DNA from: Macrostomum hystrix
Lineage: Eukaryota; Animalia; Platyhelminthes
Length of the DNA: 64,000 nt
Reading direction: 5' to 3'
NCBI GenBank assembly: GCA_950097015.1
Contig: CATNEN010000037.1
Span: forward strand, 4,402,001-4,466,000
Shown: in pieces, positions 21,773 through 34,025 of the stretch
Layout of the letters: the number at the start of each line of letters is the position of its first letter
Numbering within the stretch: the first letter of the stretch is position 1
Program-made: the position numbers and the translations under genes
Notes under the pieces: model-generated
Database searches by the model: none
What the model was told of the DNA's origin: nothing
What the model saw: only the letters and a program-made list of their open reading frames with translations

Positions 21773-24700
21773 ATGTCCTTCTTAAAAAAGCCTTTATCCA
21801 GCTGTTTTGCTTCACTTCATGTTACTGGCGATTCCGCAAGATATAACTATAAAGGTGATGCTTTCTTTAATCAATCTTGCTTCCTTATATACCGGTGCGT
21901 TGTTGCACTTTTTTATTTTTCATTCTAACTTATTTTAATTGTATTTTAAGTCCAGAGCAAGGAGGCGGCAGGAATGACCAGAACGAGATGGGAGCAAAAG
22001 TGATTAAGGCATGCATATTTTAAGTAAATATTTTACCGAAACAATAATGCGAAGCAGAAGTTTAAGACAGCATAGAGAAAATTTTAGAGTAGTTGTGAGT
22101 GGCAACACCCTCTCACTAAGAGGTTGGGTTAGCAATAATAGTAGTTTTAATAAAAGTTAAAGTATAGGATATATTATGTACATTCCCAATATTTTTCCCT
22201 TACTTGCACTGATGTATCAGGTAACACCCATAAACTTTTATTGTTCATTTTTATTTAGGTAGGTAGGTTGTCTCAGTCAAACAGCCTGTTTTGGCAATAT
22301 TATTTCATGTTTTTTGGGTGAATTAAGAAAATGAATGTTCAAAAGTATAAATTATTATGATAGTTTTAAATTGGTACAAAATGGAAAAAAGCAAGTGATA
22401 TTTAGCATTTAATAAACACAAAAAGTTGGATATTTTTATTCACTGAATACATAACTATAGGAAATCAAAGAAAAGCTAGAGAGGAAAAATTAAATCAAAG
22501 CAATCTCAGTAGTGATAATGAAGCAGTTAACAAAGCTTATTATTTGGCTACTGATCACAAGGTGGTCAAATCAATAGTAAGTAAGTTAAAAAATGAGTAA
22601 GTTAAAAGGTTGAGTAACCCAAGAGCTCATAAAAATGATTTTGAGAATATATATATATGATAGTTAAATAACTAGGCTATAAATATCAATATTGTTCATT
22701 TTTCACACAATTAAATTTTTCTAATAAGTCATCATTTTTTCTAAAAATCTAAAGTGAATCACAGATCATGATACAGACAATAATGTCTTTGCCCCAAAAA
22801 CCCTGATGTACAGTCATTCTGATGTATTTCCAAAACAAACACTTTTTGAAATATATCAACAGTTTAAAACATTCAAACTTGTATAATTGTAGTGCAGGAT
22901 AGTGTTTTTTTCTATTTTTTTCATTGAACTGTGACTTGTTGATGAGTTATATGATCCTATATCCAACCAGTATATATATTTCCAGATATTGTTTAGCTAT
23001 AAGAATAAGCTCAGTGCCAGTTGATACTGTGTATTAGCAGTGTTGGGCAACCTTCCGGCACTTTTTGTGCCGGAAGTTACTGTTTTTTAAAGCGGCACTT
23101 TTTTCCGGTTCTTTTTTTTGTAGTGCCGGACTAGGGTATCGGAAGTTACTTTTTGTTAAGTCCGGTACTTCCGGCACTTTTTTAAATGCAGAGAAAAAAA
23201 AGAGAAAGAAAGTAAAGAAAACATACAAATTGAAAGAATTTTCATATCATCAGTTCATAATGTCGTAAGAAATGCCGAGAAATTTCGAAATTTATTTAGT
23301 TGGTGAATTTTAACAACTTTTTGGTTCTTTAAAAAATTAAATGTTTAATTCGAGCAAAGCGAGCACCTCTTGCCGACGCGACACTAAACCGCCTTGTACT
23401 ACTTCGCGGCAACAGGCATTTGATGTGAATTGTGACAACATGACTGTCTATATCTAGCTTTTACACTAGTGCTAAAGCTTTCAAGTTTAAATTACGGGGG
23501 TTCCTTTTAAGAAGCATGCAAACTTTTTTTCTCAGCTGTTAACCTAGGCTAAATTGTCTAAATGTCAAAGTAGTTTTTTCAGGGCTTAAAAGGTTATTGA
23601 ATTAATAAAGGTAATTATCAGCAGGGCAGCAGCGCCACTAGAGCTACTCTTTCCACCTTTTTAGAGTTGTCACTTTATGTCATTAGTTTGTAAGACTCTT
23701 GTGTTGTTAGTTATTCAGTGGTGTGATTGAGGCGCGAATATGCGATTTCTGAGGGCAGGCTCGAATTATCGTCAAACAGAGGCGCGATTTTTCAATTTTC
23801 GAATTTTCATTTTTTACTGATCACGTTTAGTCTATTTGCGCACGCTTTATTCAAATTTAAACTTAATGTAATGTTACGGTGTAAAATACATGCAAATCTA
23901 ATTTTTTTTCAGCTTTTTTAGTTGCGCAGGCCAAACTTTTGAGTGGTAATTGGTAAAGTTCTGCCACAGCAAGGATTGAACCTTAGTGCTGGAAAAAGAA
24001 GCAAAAACCATAAAAATATAGGTTTTCAGAAATTAATTTTTCGTTTTCAATAATTTCATTTAATCATTTTCCACTTGGTTTTACTCTAGACAAGTTGGCA
24101 GTTGCAAAGGCATGTTATTATTGGTTTTTTAATAATAAAAACATAATTAAGCCCTTCTTTAACACGCGATTTTTCAAAAGTAGAAAGTACCGGTGCCGAA
24201 GAACCGGAAGTTACTTTTATTTTCGAGTGCCGGTACCGGAACTACTACCGGAAGTTACTTTCTTTAGAACCGGAAGTTACTTGACCGGAAGTTACTTTTT
24301 TAAAGTAACTTGCCCAACACTGTGTATTAGATAAATGGTTGAATTATTTGAAATGCAGTTTTCAAGTTGAAAAATGAAAAATGTGTGAGATTTCAATATT
24401 GTAAAATTATGCAAATTGTTAAAGTGAAATTTTTTGTGCAACTGTATACTTAAAATCCTTAAGTACCTTTGAATTTGACGACTGTTTCAATAATTCTACT
24501 TGGCAGTGATTACCCTAGTATCAACAACAACATTTTAGATTTTGAATGGAGTGTAATGCGACTTTCATTAGAGAAGATACTTCCTGTTCATTCTGGCTGT
24601 GTAAGTTGTTTTTTTACTAATTGTATTTTTTGCTATAAGAGTTTTGTTCATTATATTACTTTTTGCAGGTAAACACAGTGTGTTGGAGTTCAAATGGGCG

Positions 24701-27700
24701 CTATCTGCTATCTGGTTCCGATGATCGTAATATTGCTATAACTTCACCATTCTGCCATTCAGTAAGAGCCATTCATTGAATGAATTCATTCAAACAATTC
24801 ATCTGAATTCCTTAAAATCTTACTTTTACTGCTTATGATCGCCTTTTTACAATCCCTTTCTTTGGTTCACAGTAAACAGAAAGACCAACCAGCCACGACC
24901 ACCCACCTTACCACACGCACACAAAGCACACCCAACAATGACCGACCACCCCATCAAGGCCTACCTCTCACTAACTCCGGTTAGTGCTTACCAAGGTCGC
25001 AAAACTGAGCTAATATGCTAAACTGCGCTTCACCTTTTGCCGAAACTTTTAAAGCATTTTTCGACTTTTAAAAAACTTAGATGCCTACCTAAAGTAGAGT
25101 TTAATGCGTATTAACCAAAAAAATTAATTCGTGCTTACTTATAGGGTGAATCCCATTCGATCGCCTCCGGCCACCGGGCTAATATATTCAGCGCCAAGTT
25201 TCTGCCCCACTCGGACGATTTAAAAATTGTCACCGCCGCCGGCGATGGTCGGATTAACCTGACGGACCTCGGCCAAGCCTGCAACGATGGCGGCAACGTC
25301 CGCTGCTACGCTTGTCATCGAGCCACCGTGTTCGACATTGTCACTAGCCAGTCAGAGGCCAGCTTGTTCTTTAGCGTCAGCGCTGATGGCACGCTTCGGC
25401 AGTTTGATGTGCGCCAGCCCGACTCTGGTCACGTCGTGTTATTGACCAATCAGCACTGCCGGTGAGATTAAATATGCTTGTGAGCCTCTGCGCTTGATGC
25501 CTGATGCTCTGCTCCTGAAGCCTGATACTCTGCTCCTGATGCCTGATGCTCTGCTCCTGAAGCCTGATGCTCTGCTCCTGAAGCCTAATGCTCTGCTCCT
25601 GAAGCCTGATGCTCTGCTCCTGAAGCCTGATGCTCTGCTCCTGAAGCCTGATGCTCTGCTCCTGAAGCCTGATACTCTGCTCCTGAAGCCTGATGCTCTG
25701 CCCCTGAAGCCTGATACTCTGCTCCTGAAGCCTGATGCTCTGTTCTTAATGCCTAATGTTCTTTTCTTGATGCCTAATGTTCTGTTCTGTTCTGCTACGT
25801 GCCTGACGCTCTGCGCTTGATGCATGATGCTCTGATGTACTTGTGCTTAACACCTGATCTTGGACTTTAGATCAGGTCTAAAGATCAAAATAAGATCTTA
25901 CAGCTCTGAGGCTCTGTTTTTGATGCATTATTCTAAAGAGTACTCATCCTTCAACATCGCGCGCAGGTACTACGGCTACACAGCGGCCGTGATTCATCCG
26001 TTGGCTAGGGAGCGCTTATTTGTAGCTGATAAGGACGGATACATTGGCGAATATGATCGCCGTTGCATCGGCTACGGCCGCTGGATCAGCCAATCCAAGC
26101 CTGTGGAGGTGCTCAGCTCCAAGCGCCTGGTGCGCGTCACCAGCCTCAGCTTCGATCCCAGCGCCAGCCAGCTGCTGGCTTCCTATAATGGCGGCAGCCT
26201 CTACCTGTTCGACATCAGTCGGACAGTGCCGCACTCGCAGCTGACCGCCGCGCCAAATGCCGGCTACGATCCTCTGAACGGCGGTCCGCTGGCTCCGGAG
26301 GCTGCCGCAGCGGCTTCCGCTGAGGACTCCAGCGGTCGCATTGTGTTTCGCTTCCGCGGCGACTGGTCGGACACAGGCCCAGGATCCGAGCCGCCGTCTT
26401 CGTCTGCTGGCCGCGGCGCCGGCTCTGGCGACTATAGCGAGCGCCTTGGCCAGTTCATGATGCGCGCCTACCAGCTGAATCGGCAGCGCAATCCGGCACC
26501 GGCGGCGCAGGCTCCGCTGGACCAAGAAGGTCCGAATCCGAGACCGCTAGAGGAGCCGTTGGCGGCGACAGCGGATGCCGAGGACAGCGTTGAGCTGCTA
26601 GAAGTTCGTCAGGAACGTCGATCTGAGCCTCCGACGCCGAGATCATTCGAGCAGGCGCCGGTTGGTGTTCATCGGCCACAGATGGAACTCGACGATAATC
26701 GCGAAGCCGTGGCGCCGACTCCGTCGGTTGACATCGTCGCAGACGACTCTGACAAGCCGCCGCAGCCCGGACACCTGACCGACAGCGGCTCCCAGGCTGA
26801 AGCCGCCTCCGACTATCCAAGCTACCCGGTGTGCCGGGTGTTCCAGGGTCACCGCAACGCTCGCACCTGTATTCAACAGGTACTCTACGTGTAGTTAAAC
26901 TGCATTTCGAGGGTATTTTAATGCGAGTCATTGCGGGTCTCATGACTTAATTAAGATTCGTGGAGTTCCATTTAGATAAACTATCTGTCTAACTCATGAC
27001 TTCTAATGAGTCTGAATTTTTACATCTAGGTCCGAGGATAGCAATCAACCATTAGCATTAGTTCGCTGATTTTAAATGATCAGCCAATTATGGTTAAAAA
27101 GTGATGTGATTTCTCATTTACGATTTATTTATATATCATAGCAGTATTCATTGTTTTAGAATCTGCAACGAGTCTGGGGGTTGTAGCCAAGTGGTTTAGG
27201 TCGTCGGACTCACGACTACTGGAACAATTTGTGTCCTTTCGCAAGACACTTAACTCTGAATTGTTTTACTTTCACCAAACTGTTAAATAGGTACCAGCAT
27301 TAGCTGTAGTAATTGAATGTTGCTTGATGCCCCCAGTCCATTCGGCAGCTGTACATGATCCTGAACAGCTGTACGCAGCCTTGAGTAAGTGTGACCCGAT
27401 TGGGGTTGGTGTGATTAAAAAGATGTACTGTGTGATGTTTGCAGGACTCTTCTGCACTTATAGTAGCTTTTTGGGTATAATGAAACTCTACAGTAGTCTT
27501 GACTTGACTTGGCTGCTGGGTGCATCGGCCCAAGCGAAGAGCAGCGGAGAGACCCTGACAACCTCCCTCTCTCTGCAGTTTTAGTTAAGCCGCATCGCAT
27601 TGACTTTACAGGCCGCATTCTGGGGCTCCAGCTACGTCATCTCAGGCAGCGACTGTGGCCACTTTCTAGTTTGGCGCGCCAGCGACGGTCGCCTATTGAA

Positions 27701-27977
27701 CGCCTGCCTGGCCGATCAGCGGGTTGTGAATCGGGTTGCGCCGCATCCCAGCCTGCTGTACCTGGCGACTAGCGGCATTGACTACGATGTGAAGCTCTGG
27801 TCACCGATAGCCGGCGGTGAGCAGTCGCTGACGTCGGCTAATTCGGATCTGGCGCGCCTGGTCCGGCGCAATCAGGAGATGCTGGCGCAGACTATGAACA
27901 CGGTGACTGTGCCTGGCAGTGCGATGCTGTCAATCATGCGTACTCTATCTAGGCTGTACTCGCGCGACGCTCAATGA
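21773..27977 (+). CDS. DCAF6: DDB1- and CUL4-associated factor 6-like WD40 protein. Exons 21773-21854 (less certain), 24539-24600, 24669-24761, 25145-25461, 25967-26879, 27612-27977
   Basis: RLSLEKILPVHSGC|VNTVCWSSNGRYLLSGSDD, SGHRANIFSAKFLP, GHRNARTCIQQ|AAFWGSSYVISGSDCGH..ADQRVVNRVAPHP..LATSGIDYDVKLWSP match the recalled DCAF6 motifs. Junctions are GT-AG and in phase. Confidence 0.88.
23038..24322. mobile_element. Non-autonomous hAT-type TIR element in DCAF6 intron 1
   Basis: TIR CAGTGTTGGGCAA / TTGCCCAACACTG, perfect 8-bp TSD TGTATTAG, subterminal CCGGAAGTTACT repeats at both ends. Confidence 0.9.
25485..25835. repeat. 21-bp minisatellite (GCCTGATGCTCTGCTCCTGAA) in DCAF6 intron
   Basis: Tandem repeats. 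Confidence 0.95.
27176..27500 (+). mobile_element. tRNA-derived SINE family B (CORE-like), B box deleted
   Basis: GGTTGTAGCCAAGTGGTT A box, then CTGGAACAATTTGTGTCCTTTCGCAAGACACTTAAC shared with the copy at 42124; resembles the CORE-SINE GTGTCCTTGGGCAAGACACTT motif. Confidence 0.65.
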
Positions 27978-29855
27978 GAGTTTGAGTCACAGCTTTTTTT
28001 CACACTAGCTGCTTGCTTTTACTTGTCGTTTTTATTGACCATCGTGCTAATTTATTGTGATTTTTGGCTTATCGCATATTGTACACAACGGAACAGATGG
28101 AGTCAGATAATATTCAAGTAGTTTATATGCTAAATTTGCATCATTTAAAAATTGCAAGATTTTTTTCGTCAATAAAGGGTTGCAATTTTGAAATTTAGAA
28201 AATCTGATGAAGATAAAAAAATACTTTTAAAGAACCCCACCTAAGCACGTGACTCACGGCCGAAATCCACAGAGTTAGTTTGGTTCCTCGCTCCATCATT
28301 TTCCCATAAAGTACTTAGATACTGCTAAGGCGTGTCTACTTTTGAAAGCGGCTTTTTTAATGATCCTTACTATATAGCTTGCAATATAATATATTGTTTA
28401 ACCTTGTTTGTAACCTCGATGTAAAAAATAGTTGTAGTTTGTCTTTCCAAATCGATCAAATATCGAACATTGTATTTTTTGTTTCAAACTATTTTTCTTG
28501 TTTTTCTACCCATTTAATTTTTATTTTATTTTAGATATTGTATCAGCCATGATGAGCATAAAATTTTCATTCACTTCACTGTTTCTGTTTTTAAAACATC
28601 TATTTACCTATCATTGATTCAAATTTCATTTAATTTGATAAAAGTGGAACAGTTTGCGCCAATAAAACTAATATATCGACACATCTCCCAGAATTTTTCT
28701 TCTCTCTTTGTACTTTTGGCTAACGTCAAAGAAATAAACAGCTGCTCTCGCAATTTCATTGCGCAGTGTTTGTTTGTTTGTTAGAACAGTGTCCTGTTCT
28801 AAGCTTATAGTATATCTCAATTTGAACTATCCAATGCTAATATAGCTTGTGTGTGCGTAATTCTTGTTATCTTTAGTTGGAACGTGCGCATAGAGAGGTA
28901 GCATACAGAATTAGTTACCAGGCACAATTGCGCATTCACTATTTAAGGAGAAATTAAAAAAAATTTGTGAGTAAAAACAAACTTCTACTTAGAGGATAGT
29001 AAGTAGGAAAGGAGGTTGAAAGTAAGCTGCAAGTGTCAATTCAGTGCTAATAACAGCGAATTTCAAGCATAATTTACACGGTTCACTTCAAGCATTTAAG
29101 CAAAAAAAGTATTTCTTTCTGCTACTGATGCGCAAAGAACTCAAAGCGGCTTTACTGAAATGAAATAAAAAATAAATATAATTTATTTGATAACAATAAT
29201 TTTCTATGGTGCATTCAATTTTAACTATAATACAAGAAACACACGACGACTAAATATATGTAAAGTCATAGTTATTGTTATTGGCCCTATGAGCCCCATG
29301 AGAAGCTCCAGACAATGACTCCGTATGTGTTGATGACGGCTTAGCACAGGCGGCTTGAAATAAGGCCTAAGAAATACTAAATCCTTTTGCCGTATAGTTG
29401 CTCCCTTATATTTCGTAATTTCTATCTTCGATCTGTAGTTTTAGGCTGAAAATAAAACTTGCATGTAACTTTGATGTTATTAGGGCCTATGGTAAATTTA
29501 ATGCTAGTGCTAGGGGCCTACCTGTAGCTGTAGGCCTAGCATTTATAGCAAAATTTACATTTCAGCAAATATTTCTTTACTGGAAACTATATTTTACATT
29601 AAATTCTATATATTTATATGTCCAATTGGCATTCTTCAGTTTCATGTGTTTGCCAAAATATTTAGAATAAAAAATATAATTTAAGGTTATTATTTTACCA
29701 ACCACCAATCACCATGGTTGTGCCCCACAATGTAGAGAAAGGTGCAGAACTTTTCTATGGGAAGTGGTGGTGCCATCCATTTTTGTTCATGTCTCTTAAA
29801 CAAGGAATCAGAAAGGTTGGTTGAGGTTCATTTGGTTGTTGCCACTTCCTCTGGG

Positions 29856-30411
29856 CCATAGTCCGGATCATGCTGGACTTACGCCGGAGGAAAAATCCAA
29901 CATTTTTTGGCACTTACGCCAGACTTACGCCAACCAAAAAAGGTCCCTCTGACTTATGCCACCCAAGAAAGGTCCTTCACAATTCTTGTTAATTGGTGAT
30001 TATAATTAAATTCAGAAGTTGCAACTGTTTAAAAATCTCACAAGTTGCAAATTCTGAATCAAGTATCAAAGTAAGCATCTTAAAGCTAAAAAACTTTTGC
30101 TATCCTACAATAGATATTCTGCTATCTCATTTATACGAACTGCAATATTTTATTGAACTTAGTTTTAATGCTGCTCCTTAACATCATAATTAACGCAAAT
30201 GTGTTATGTTCTATAGTGATACATTTGATCGTGAATGATCTCATTTGTGCTAACATTTACGCCACTTGATTTATGCCATGTACTTACGCCAAGCACTTAC
30301 GCCAAGGCACATTTTGGCCTATACTTACGCCAAGCACTTACGCCAGCCTCCGATCCCAAACCAGATTTACGCCGGAGATCTCCGGTGTAAACGACATGAT
30401 CCGGACTATGG
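29856..30411. mobile_element. MITE with 17-bp TIR and 8-bp TSD (superfamily unassigned)
   Basis: CCATAGTCCGGATCATG / CATGATCCGGACTATGG, TSD CCTCTGGG, ~11 internal [C/T]TTA[C/T]GCC motifs. Confidence 0.85.
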
Positions 30412-32036
30412 CCTCTGGGCTCTGGCACATAATTGTCTATTATAACTAATTTCAAGTTGTTTTGCCAATCAAATTTTTTATTCTCGTGTTTTGACGTGTA
30501 TGTATCTTAGTTTAATTTAAGGCATTTGTTATTTGTCTGGTTAACTAGACAAATAGACATTTTGTTATTTGTCTGGTTAGATGGACAAATAGCCATATTG
30601 ATTATTCATCTTGCCATGATGCCTAGGCCTATGTACTGCTAGTGTGAGAATAGAAGATCATCTGATTTTTTAGTTCCTTGACTAATTAGGGCCTCTTAGC
30701 CTCATGGCCTACTTGAAAAGAATAGCACCTTCCCCAAACCAGATTTTCACAAGCTTCCCAGGCATGCACATATTTAAAGACAAGTTATAGCAGGCAATAT
30801 GGCAACAGACAAAAAGACTGGAAACCTGGTTAACCAGACAAATAACATATTTGAAACTTTTTCCAGTTTATTGCAACTTGTAACCAGTAGTCTCTTGACA
30901 TTATGTACAGATTTTTGTTACAATAATAAAATTCTTCATTTTATGCTATATTAAATGTAGTATTGTGAATGTAAATGGACCAATACTACTAAAAATGCAG
31001 TTTTTTAATAATTTTTATCATTTTTCAAAAATAAATAGAACTCTAGATCTGTTCATCTAATATTTAGCTTTTCTTACATTTTAATTCTAAAATCCATTGC
31101 CATTTGATTTTACTCTCTGTAAGAAAAAGTCATGTTGTCTGCCTGTAAATTGGACCCATATCAGAAAAACTAGTCAGTAAACAAAATTACTGTGCAGATG
31201 CAGTTGCATTTTCAAGCCAACAGGTTTTTAAAAAAATCAAAAATTGAAATTTGTTGTTAACTGACTATATATTTTAATATGTTTACAAAGAGAGAAAAAT
31301 ATAAAACAAAGCAGTCAATAAGAGGCACATATATGTTACCTAAGGGAATTAGTTTGTTTAAAACAAAAAAAATTGCACTACTATATAATTTTCACTGTGT
31401 ATATTGTTGAGTGCTTTATTCAAGTTTACATGTTTACCTATTAATCTGGGGTATAACAGTTTGAGCAATTGTTTGGGAGCTTGCATAAGCTTGTGTTTTT
31501 TTAGTCCCAGTGTTAGTCAATGTGTGCTGCAAAATTGGTCAGTATGCACCAGAATTTTCCAACCAAACTGCCACCTTCCTGACTATGGGTATCACACTTC
31601 TCCATCACTCAAACGTTCACAATCAAGTTTGGGTGGCTGTGATGCATTTAAATAAACTGGATTAATAAAAAATAGGATCTTTTTTGTTCCTTGATTAGCT
31701 ATAAAGCGAATAAAATATGTTAATGTATGCTATTGTAGTGCCTTATGTATATTAGATAAATATATATCTGATGTATATAGCCTTAACAGTCTTTTTTTTC
31801 TAATGCTCTTACTTTCCAGAACTTTTCATTGTACATAATTCCTGTATTGTTGGAATAAGGGCTAGGAAATGCAATCCTAAAGTTCATTGACCCTAGTTTG
31901 AATCTTTGATTTAGCAACAATTTTATGAACTAGTTTTAGAACAATAATTGAGTCTTTTCTAAGACAAATTTATTTTTAAAAGATAAAGCAATGACTGACT
32001 TGCAATTGCAGCTGAGGCATCTAAGTTACAGTAGAA

Positions 32037-32402
32037 ATGGTAGTAGCTGACACGCCATTGACTCGGGCCAGCCTAGGCGGCGCACACGCACCAGAAAATC
32101 GCATTGTGCACGCCCTGTCTGGCACCTCCTTCTACAACTTGGACGCTGGCCAGTTGGCCGACCGACGCTCTGGCGGCCTCGCCGCCAGCCAATCGCAGCC
32201 GCTTGGCGTGATTCCCAAGGGCGCCAAGTACAGGCGCATTCTGTACCTGCAGCACGTGCTGACCAGGCAGGATGGACTGCTAATCTGGCAGAAGTTTCCC
32301 AGCTACCGAATCGGAGCCAATGTGGTCATTGCTACTAGCCTTGCTAGCTTTGTGTACACCATTGGCCTGTGCGCCTCCATGGCTCTGCCCAAGAAGAACT
32401 AG
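32037..32402 (+). CDS. COX7A: Cytochrome c oxidase subunit 7A family, long form (121 aa)
   Basis: KYRRILYLQHVLTRQDGLLIWQK + one TM helix + MALPKKN resembles the COX7A KNKVPELQKFFQ..DG.PVYLK..TM..PKK pattern. Confidence 0.72.
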   Translation: MVVADTPLTRASLGGAHAPENRIVHALSGTSFYNLDAGQLADRRSGGLAASQSQPLGVIPKGAKYRRILYLQHVLTRQDGLLIWQKFPSYRIGANVVIATSLASFVYTIGLCASMALPKKN

Positions 32403-33096
32403 ATATTTTTAATTTAGCTATGACTGTCATCTAGAACCTAAATCGTATTTTAACATATTAGTACCGCAAGTTGCGTGTGTCAATATATTTTGCGCACCAT
32501 ACTACTGAAATATCACCCAGTAGTCTTGTTAGTAGTACCCCTTCCTATAGACTGACTTTATGCCACTGGTTTTTACCAACTAACAGTTTGCTCTTTGCGT
32601 ATTAAGATGCCGAAATAAGTATTTTTATTAGCTTAGTAGGCCATAAAATATTTATTTATTGAAAATACAGTATTATTAGGTTAATCAGTCTAATTAAATA
32701 TTGAAAATGTACAAATATTATTGGCTTTAACTGTTTAAAGGGTATAGTTAGATTTTGTTAAAAATACATACGCCAACCTCTGCGTAGCAACTGTCAGATT
32801 CCTTATTTCCCCTTTTTTCTTGAAGTTATTTGTGCTTTGTATATTTAGTGTAAATCTGTACTTTTGGAAACAGGAAGGAAGGTACTATTACTTTAGACGA
32901 TATGAAATGACGGTATTTAGGGAACAAAAAGAACTGTACTTAAGCGACCGGAGAGGACTGTACTTTAAGAAATGTGAGTTTCTCGACCGTGGAAATTTTC
33001 TGCTCTTAAGTTAACAAGGACAGTTACCTTTTTGTTCTGGCCTAAGGCTACAATATCATTAGTACCCTTGTTGCCACATTCCAGCTAATCGAAGCC

Positions 33097-33339
33097 ATGG
33101 TTGCCGGCTCCTTGAAGCAGCCGCTGCCCTCGCAGCCGCTTGGCGTGATTCCCAAGGGCGCCAAGTACAGGCGCATTCTGTACCTGCAGCACGTGCTGAC
33201 CAGGCAGGATGGCCTGCTAATCTGGCAGAAGTTTCCCAGCTACCGAATCGGAGCCAATGTGGTCATTGCTACTAGCATTGCTAGCTTTGTGTACACCATT
33301 GGCCTGTGCGCCTCCATGGCCCTGCCCAAGAAGAATTAG
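33097..33339 (+). CDS. COX7A: Cytochrome c oxidase subunit 7A family, short form (80 aa)
   Basis: Near-identical to the C-terminal ~70 codons of the upstream copy, with a different short N-terminus. Confidence 0.72.
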   Translation: MVAGSLKQPLPSQPLGVIPKGAKYRRILYLQHVLTRQDGLLIWQKFPSYRIGANVVIATSIASFVYTIGLCASMALPKKN

Positions 33340-34025
33340 ACCGACCATGCTAGTGTGGAACAGTGGTCATTTTTGTTTTTAAAAAACTATTTAAATGGCC
33401 ATCGAAGACAAAAAGTGTGTGTCCCATTCAGTCTGAATGAATTATATAAATATTAGGGATCTTTATAGCAAGTAGTAAAGCCTAACAGACCTTTATGAAC
33501 CAAACTGTTAGTCTGCTTCTCCATCTCCCAAAATAGCTTACGTAAGTCCCATCTGTATGAAACATAGTGGCTGAAGCACAACTATTAAAAGACAACAGTA
33601 GTTAGTTGCTAAGTGCCGATCTAAGACATTTGAATATTCCACAAGAAAATTGATCACATTTAGCACCCCACGCAATCCCTAATCCTCAATTTAAGTAGAA
33701 TGAAACCGCGAGAATTAAATTACAGCAAAATGGTACTGCTTTCACGCTGTTTGTTCTTTCTATTGCTGCTGCTTAGATAATTAGCTTTTAATAGATAGAC
33801 GATTGATTATATCGGCAAAAAATATTAGTTTATTTGATACCAACTTCAGACCTTAGTTTTTAGCGTTTTCTTATAGCTACAACTTACTACGTCAGGTAGT
33901 AACTGAATAATAATTTAAATATAGAGTTATCAGTTTCATCTTTGCAAATGCAAAATTTCAGATTGAAAACTTAATCAATAATTTATAAAGAGGATTATTA
34001 GTAATCGATTTATCGATCGGAGGCC

